From the NCBI GenBank assembly GCA_048571215.1, contig CP182352.1, positions 1,760,001 to 1,824,000 on the forward strand: a stretch of 64,000 nt of DNA, read 5' to 3'. A program made the translations under genes and the position numbers. Position 1 is the first letter of the stretch. Each line of letters opens with the position of its first letter. The stretch comes from Halarcobacter sp. Its GTDB lineage: Bacteria > Campylobacterota > Campylobacteria > Campylobacterales > Arcobacteraceae. The notes beneath the pieces were generated by a model. That model was not told where the DNA came from and made no database searches. It was given only the letters and a program-made list of their open reading frames with translations. Of this stretch, positions 61,301 to 64,000 are shown one piece after another.

Positions 61301-62456
61301 CATAGTCTTTAACAACACCAATTTTTTTATCAACAATATCTTCAAATTTTACAATAAATGGTTCTTTTTCTCTTGTTACTAAAACTTCAGGAAAACTCAT
61401 ATATGGTTTTGTAAAATCAAGAAATTTTTCTCTATATTGTGTTTTTACAGCTGCACTTAAAATATCACACTTTCTAACTTTTGCTAGGGTTAAAGATTCA
61501 CTCCAAGTTTTAGTCTCTACTAAATTTATTGGAACATTTAAATGATATTTAAATATTTTATAAATATCTGCAACCATTCCAGTATATTTCCCTTTTTCAA
61601 TATTTTCAAAGGGCAACCAAGATGGATCAACACACATCTTGATCTCTTTTTTATTATGCAAATAATCAAGCTCTTCTTTTGTAAAAGATACTTCTTTAAG
61701 AGTATTATTTAAAGTTTTAAAATTAAAATTTTTAGTCCACTTTAACTCAATGTCTTTAATCTGTTTTTCACTTATATCTTTAAAACCTTTTTCTATAATA
61801 TTTAATAATTCTTTATTTCCTTTTTTTACTGCTCCATAATATTTTTTTGAAAAGGCATAGGTGTTTTTATTATAATTATATAAAGATTCATCAATATTGT
61901 GTTTTCTTAGATAATAATAAAAAGTTGGAAGAGAAGATAAAACAACTTTAACTTCTCCATCAAAAAAAGTTTTATTTGCACTATTTGCACTTTTAAACTC
62001 TTTTCTGTAAAGTTCTGGATAATTATCCTTTAAATATGTAATTGCATATCCATTATCTACTGCAATTACATATGGTAAGAAATCATCTATTTTATATATA
62101 TTTTTAATACTTTTATAGTAGAAAAAATATTTTTTATTTGTATAAAGGGGCTTAGAAGTATAGTCTAAAAACTTATCACGTTTTTTTATATAGTATAAAC
62201 CTGCATGAATATCTGCTCTACCATCTTTTATCATCTCAAGAGTATCTGCCCAAGAACTTTCAATAAATTCTATTTTATGATTATTTTTTTTGGCCCAGAG
62301 TCTCCAGATATCTATTATCATCCCATTAGCAGTATTATTTGTATCGGTAAACTTTAAAGGTGGGGTGTCACTATTATAGACAATTTTTATTGTATCATCA
62401 GCAAAAATACATAACTTTAGTAGTATAATAAAGGTTATTATTTTTATAAAATACAT
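58290..62456 (-). CDS. Hybrid sensor kinase (two periplasmic SBP domains, PAS, HisKA, HATPase, two REC, Hpt)
   Basis: CVDPSWLPFE, PAS W.GE..N.KK.G..YW, MSHEIRTPMN, GTGLGL, two REC, HELKGISGN. Confidence 0.92.
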   Translation of the reverse strand: MYFIKIITFIILLKLCIFADDTIKIVYNSDTPPLKFTDTNNTANGMIIDIWRLWAKKNNHKIEFIESSWADTLEMIKDGRADIHAGLYYIKKRDKFLDYTSKPLYTNKKYFFYYKSIKNIYKIDDFLPYVIAVDNGYAITYLKDNYPELYRKEFKSANSANKTFFDGEVKVVLSSLPTFYYYLRKHNIDESLYNYNKNTYAFSKKYYGAVKKGNKELLNIIEKGFKDISEKQIKDIELKWTKNFNFKTLNNTLKEVSFTKEELDYLHNKKEIKMCVDPSWLPFENIEKGKYTGMVADIYKIFKYHLNVPINLVETKTWSESLTLAKVRKCDILSAAVKTQYREKFLDFTKPYMSFPEVLVTREKEPFIVKFEDIVDKKIGVVKDYAISTLIKAHYPQINLVETKDVLDGLFKVSSGELFGFIDTTATVNYAIENNGMTNLKIATTVGLDYKIRVGTRNDETLLVDIFNKVINKTDRDSIDSIKDNWLKVKVQKLIDYTLVYKILAWFLVVFLVIIYWNRKLKQEINERTKAQKELNKFSQIIEQSDVSIMLTNLNGEIIYVNPYCINESGYTQNELLGNKPNIFKSGYQDEKFYNNLWTTINLGLTWTGEFSNKKKNGDIYWESATIAPIFDEDKNIKFFVSIKQNITERIKVQKKLQIAQKEANKANESKSDFLAKMSHEIRTPMNAVLGMLYLLEKTHLKESQKNYIKKANIAANTLLGIINDILDFSKIEANKLEIKNSEFSIFELVSDIMSIMSVKAEDNSLELLTQFDEDIPVYIISDRLRLAQVLNNLISNAIKFTQAGEVLVSVSLVTKGLEEDTLKFCVKDSGVGISQDNQEKLFQEFMQVDDSATRSFHGTGLGLAICKKLVNLLGGDIWIESSTIGVGTTICFTTKVKITTKKEHLGFIFPTSTTNLKVLVADDNRLASEVLTDMLESFKYIVDNTSNGYETIKMVQENKYDIVFLDYKMPKLSGLETFIKYKEILQDKTPKTVIVTAYSTEIIQEDIEKYGIYGYLLKPISPSTLYDKIMEILYPNKTIIKVENQNNNKVLQSVNVLLVEDNELNREFATLILEGFGLKVDIAVDGVEAIEKIITKKYKLVLMDIQMPKLDGLSATKKIRSLKEDYFKTLPIIALSANALVSDKEKSLEVGMNEHLNKPIDPNKLYIVLKKFILEKDIEGKEIKEKDNFKYISNLNPEIFDIEEAINRVSGNEFVYIKILQQFANNYKNLLSYIEKLLRNNEHELLEKKIHELKGISGNIAAKKLYRVLSLINAKLINKTILDMELIEEFKSSFKEVISEIEKIDFVNMNEEKKFDKKKVVELLKNLKSNLNLDIVLCEEIFEELSTYLQKDYNEFYLELSDTLNSFDMDKTEELIENFLEELNNAK

Positions 62457-62543
62457 CTATATGCCTTTAAAATATATTTATACATTATAATCTAAATATA
62501 GATTAAAGTAAATATAGTTAAAAACAAATAGATAAATTTATAT

Positions 62544-62813
62544 TTATTGTTTCTTTTTTCTTATAGCATCTTTTGATTTATTAAAACAAAACATGCCCAT
62601 TTTTTCATTTGTAAAAGTCATAATACAAGTGCTTCCTGGGTCACTTACAGGGGTAAATTCATATACTCTAACATTATACCCTTCTGTTTCAATATTGTAT
62701 TTAACATCAGGTTCAATTGTTTTATTACCCCAACTTTTTAATTGTGACCAAGATATTGCATTTGCAACACTCAAACTTATAAGTGTAAAAAATAAAATTT
62801 TTTTCAAAATCAA
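62544..62813 (-). CDS. Small exported hypothetical protein
   Basis: Signal peptide ending ANA; RVYEFTP...C...C. Confidence 0.65.
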   Translation of the reverse strand: MILKKILFFTLISLSVANAISWSQLKSWGNKTIEPDVKYNIETEGYNVRVYEFTPVSDPGSTCIMTFTNEKMGMFCFNKSKDAIRKKKQ

Positions 62814-62846
62814 TCCTTTTTAATTTAAATAAAAAGTCTGCTGTGT

Positions 62847-63557
62847 TTATGCCATATTTGTATAAACTGCTTGAACATCATCATCTTCATCAAGCTTTTC
62901 TAATAGTTTTGATATCTCTTCTTGCTGCTCTTCTGTAAACTCTTGTGGATTGTTAGAGATTCTTTCAAGTTTAGCTTTTGTAAGTTCTATTCCCATATCT
63001 TCAAAAGCTTTATTCAATGAACCAAAATCTTTATAATCAGCCGTAACTAATACAATTCCATCTTCCTCTTCAATCTCTTCTAAACCAAAATCAATTAACT
63101 CTAACTCTAACTCTTCAATATCCATATCTTCAGTTTTATTAAACTCAAAAATAGCTTTTCTATCAAACATAAACTCTAATGAACCTGTTGGTGCCATTGA
63201 ACCACCATTTTTATTAAAGTACATTTTTACATTTGCAACTGTTCTAGTATTGTTATCTGTTGCTGTTTCAACAAAAATCAAAACCCCATGAGGTCCTTTC
63301 CCTTCAAAATTAACTTCTGTAAAGTTTGCAGAATCTTTTCCTGTTGCTCTTTTTATTGCTGCATCAATATTTGTTTTTGGCATATTTTCAGCTTTAGCAT
63401 TTAAAATTGCTGTTCTAAGTGCTGAATTCATTTCAGGATCTGGAACCCCAGCTTTTGCTGCCATCTCAATTGCTTTTGCTAATTTTGGGAAAACTCTTGA
63501 CATATTTCCCCATCTTTTCATTTTTGCTGCTTTTCTATACTCAAAGGCTCTACCCAT
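62847..63557 (-). CDS. yebC: YebC/PmpR-family protein
   Basis: MGRAFEYR, NMPK.NID.AIKRA, EGKGPHG, TDNNTRT, DDDVQAVY. Confidence 0.93.
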   Translation of the reverse strand: MGRAFEYRKAAKMKRWGNMSRVFPKLAKAIEMAAKAGVPDPEMNSALRTAILNAKAENMPKTNIDAAIKRATGKDSANFTEVNFEGKGPHGVLIFVETATDNNTRTVANVKMYFNKNGGSMAPTGSLEFMFDRKAIFEFNKTEDMDIEELELELIDFGLEEIEEEDGIVLVTADYKDFGSLNKAFEDMGIELTKAKLERISNNPQEFTEEQQEEISKLLEKLDEDDDVQAVYTNMA

Positions 63558-63783
63558 AAAAATCTCCATTAAATATTTTATTTTTAAAATTTTTGTGATT
63601 ATACCTTTTTTGGAATAATAGCTTTATAAGAGAATAAACATCAAATAAATTATACTTAAAAATGATATATTTTTACACAATTGTTAACTTTTTGTTAACT
63701 TTTTGATAATTAAATAAAATAATAAGTATTTTTTTCAAAAAAATTAGATAAAATCTTAAGACTTCAAACAACAAGGTTTTTTT

Positions 63784-64000
63784 ATGCAAAGTATTAAAAG
63801 ATTTATACCTTTATTTTTTATATCTTTATTTTTTATCTCATTTACTTGTTATGCACAAGATTTAGAAAATTTTGAAAATGAATTTAGCACACCTAAAAAA
63901 GAGATATTTGATCCATTAGAAGGTTATAATAGAAGTATGACAACATTTAATGACTATGTTTATACAAATATATTGGAACCAACAGCAAAGGGTTATGCTG
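63784..64000 (+). CDS. mlaA: MlaA/VacJ-family protein (partial)
   Basis: Manual translation ...FDPLEGYNRSMTTFNDYVY...PTAKGY, open to the window end. Confidence 0.85.
   Translation, partial: MQSIKRFIPLFFISLFFISFTCYAQDLENFENEFSTPKKEIFDPLEGYNRSMTTFNDYVYTNILEPTAKGYA

Overview
AT-rich chromosomal window, most likely Arcobacteraceae (Campylobacterota), judged from gene content and protein style. Left to right it holds: zapA/zapB-like genes; a 2899-aa surface lipoprotein with an adjacent two-component pair; a liv ABC transporter; a diguanylate cyclase; a large hydrogen-metabolism island (hypABCDEF, two membrane-bound group-1 [NiFe] hydrogenases, one cytoplasmic group-2-type hydrogenase, a TetR regulator); acnB; a phosphorelay; yebC; and the start of mlaA/vacJ. 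The most unusual part is an ~8.7 kb block (41342-50102) separating the small and large subunit genes of the group-2 hydrogenase. It consists of three integrase-less integron modules, each an attI-like site followed by attC-bounded gene cassettes. In two modules the intI gene is reduced to a 13-codon stub fused to arrays of ~250-bp non-coding, covarying hairpin elements. These elements come in two diverged subtypes that alternate in orientation, and on their far side the arrays abut half-attC sites. Also seen: a ~175-nt structured RNA candidate between hydD and hypF, and a palindromic operator (AATGAAYRTTCATT) shared by the hydrogenase and TetR promoters. All family calls come from motif recognition; no database searches were run.
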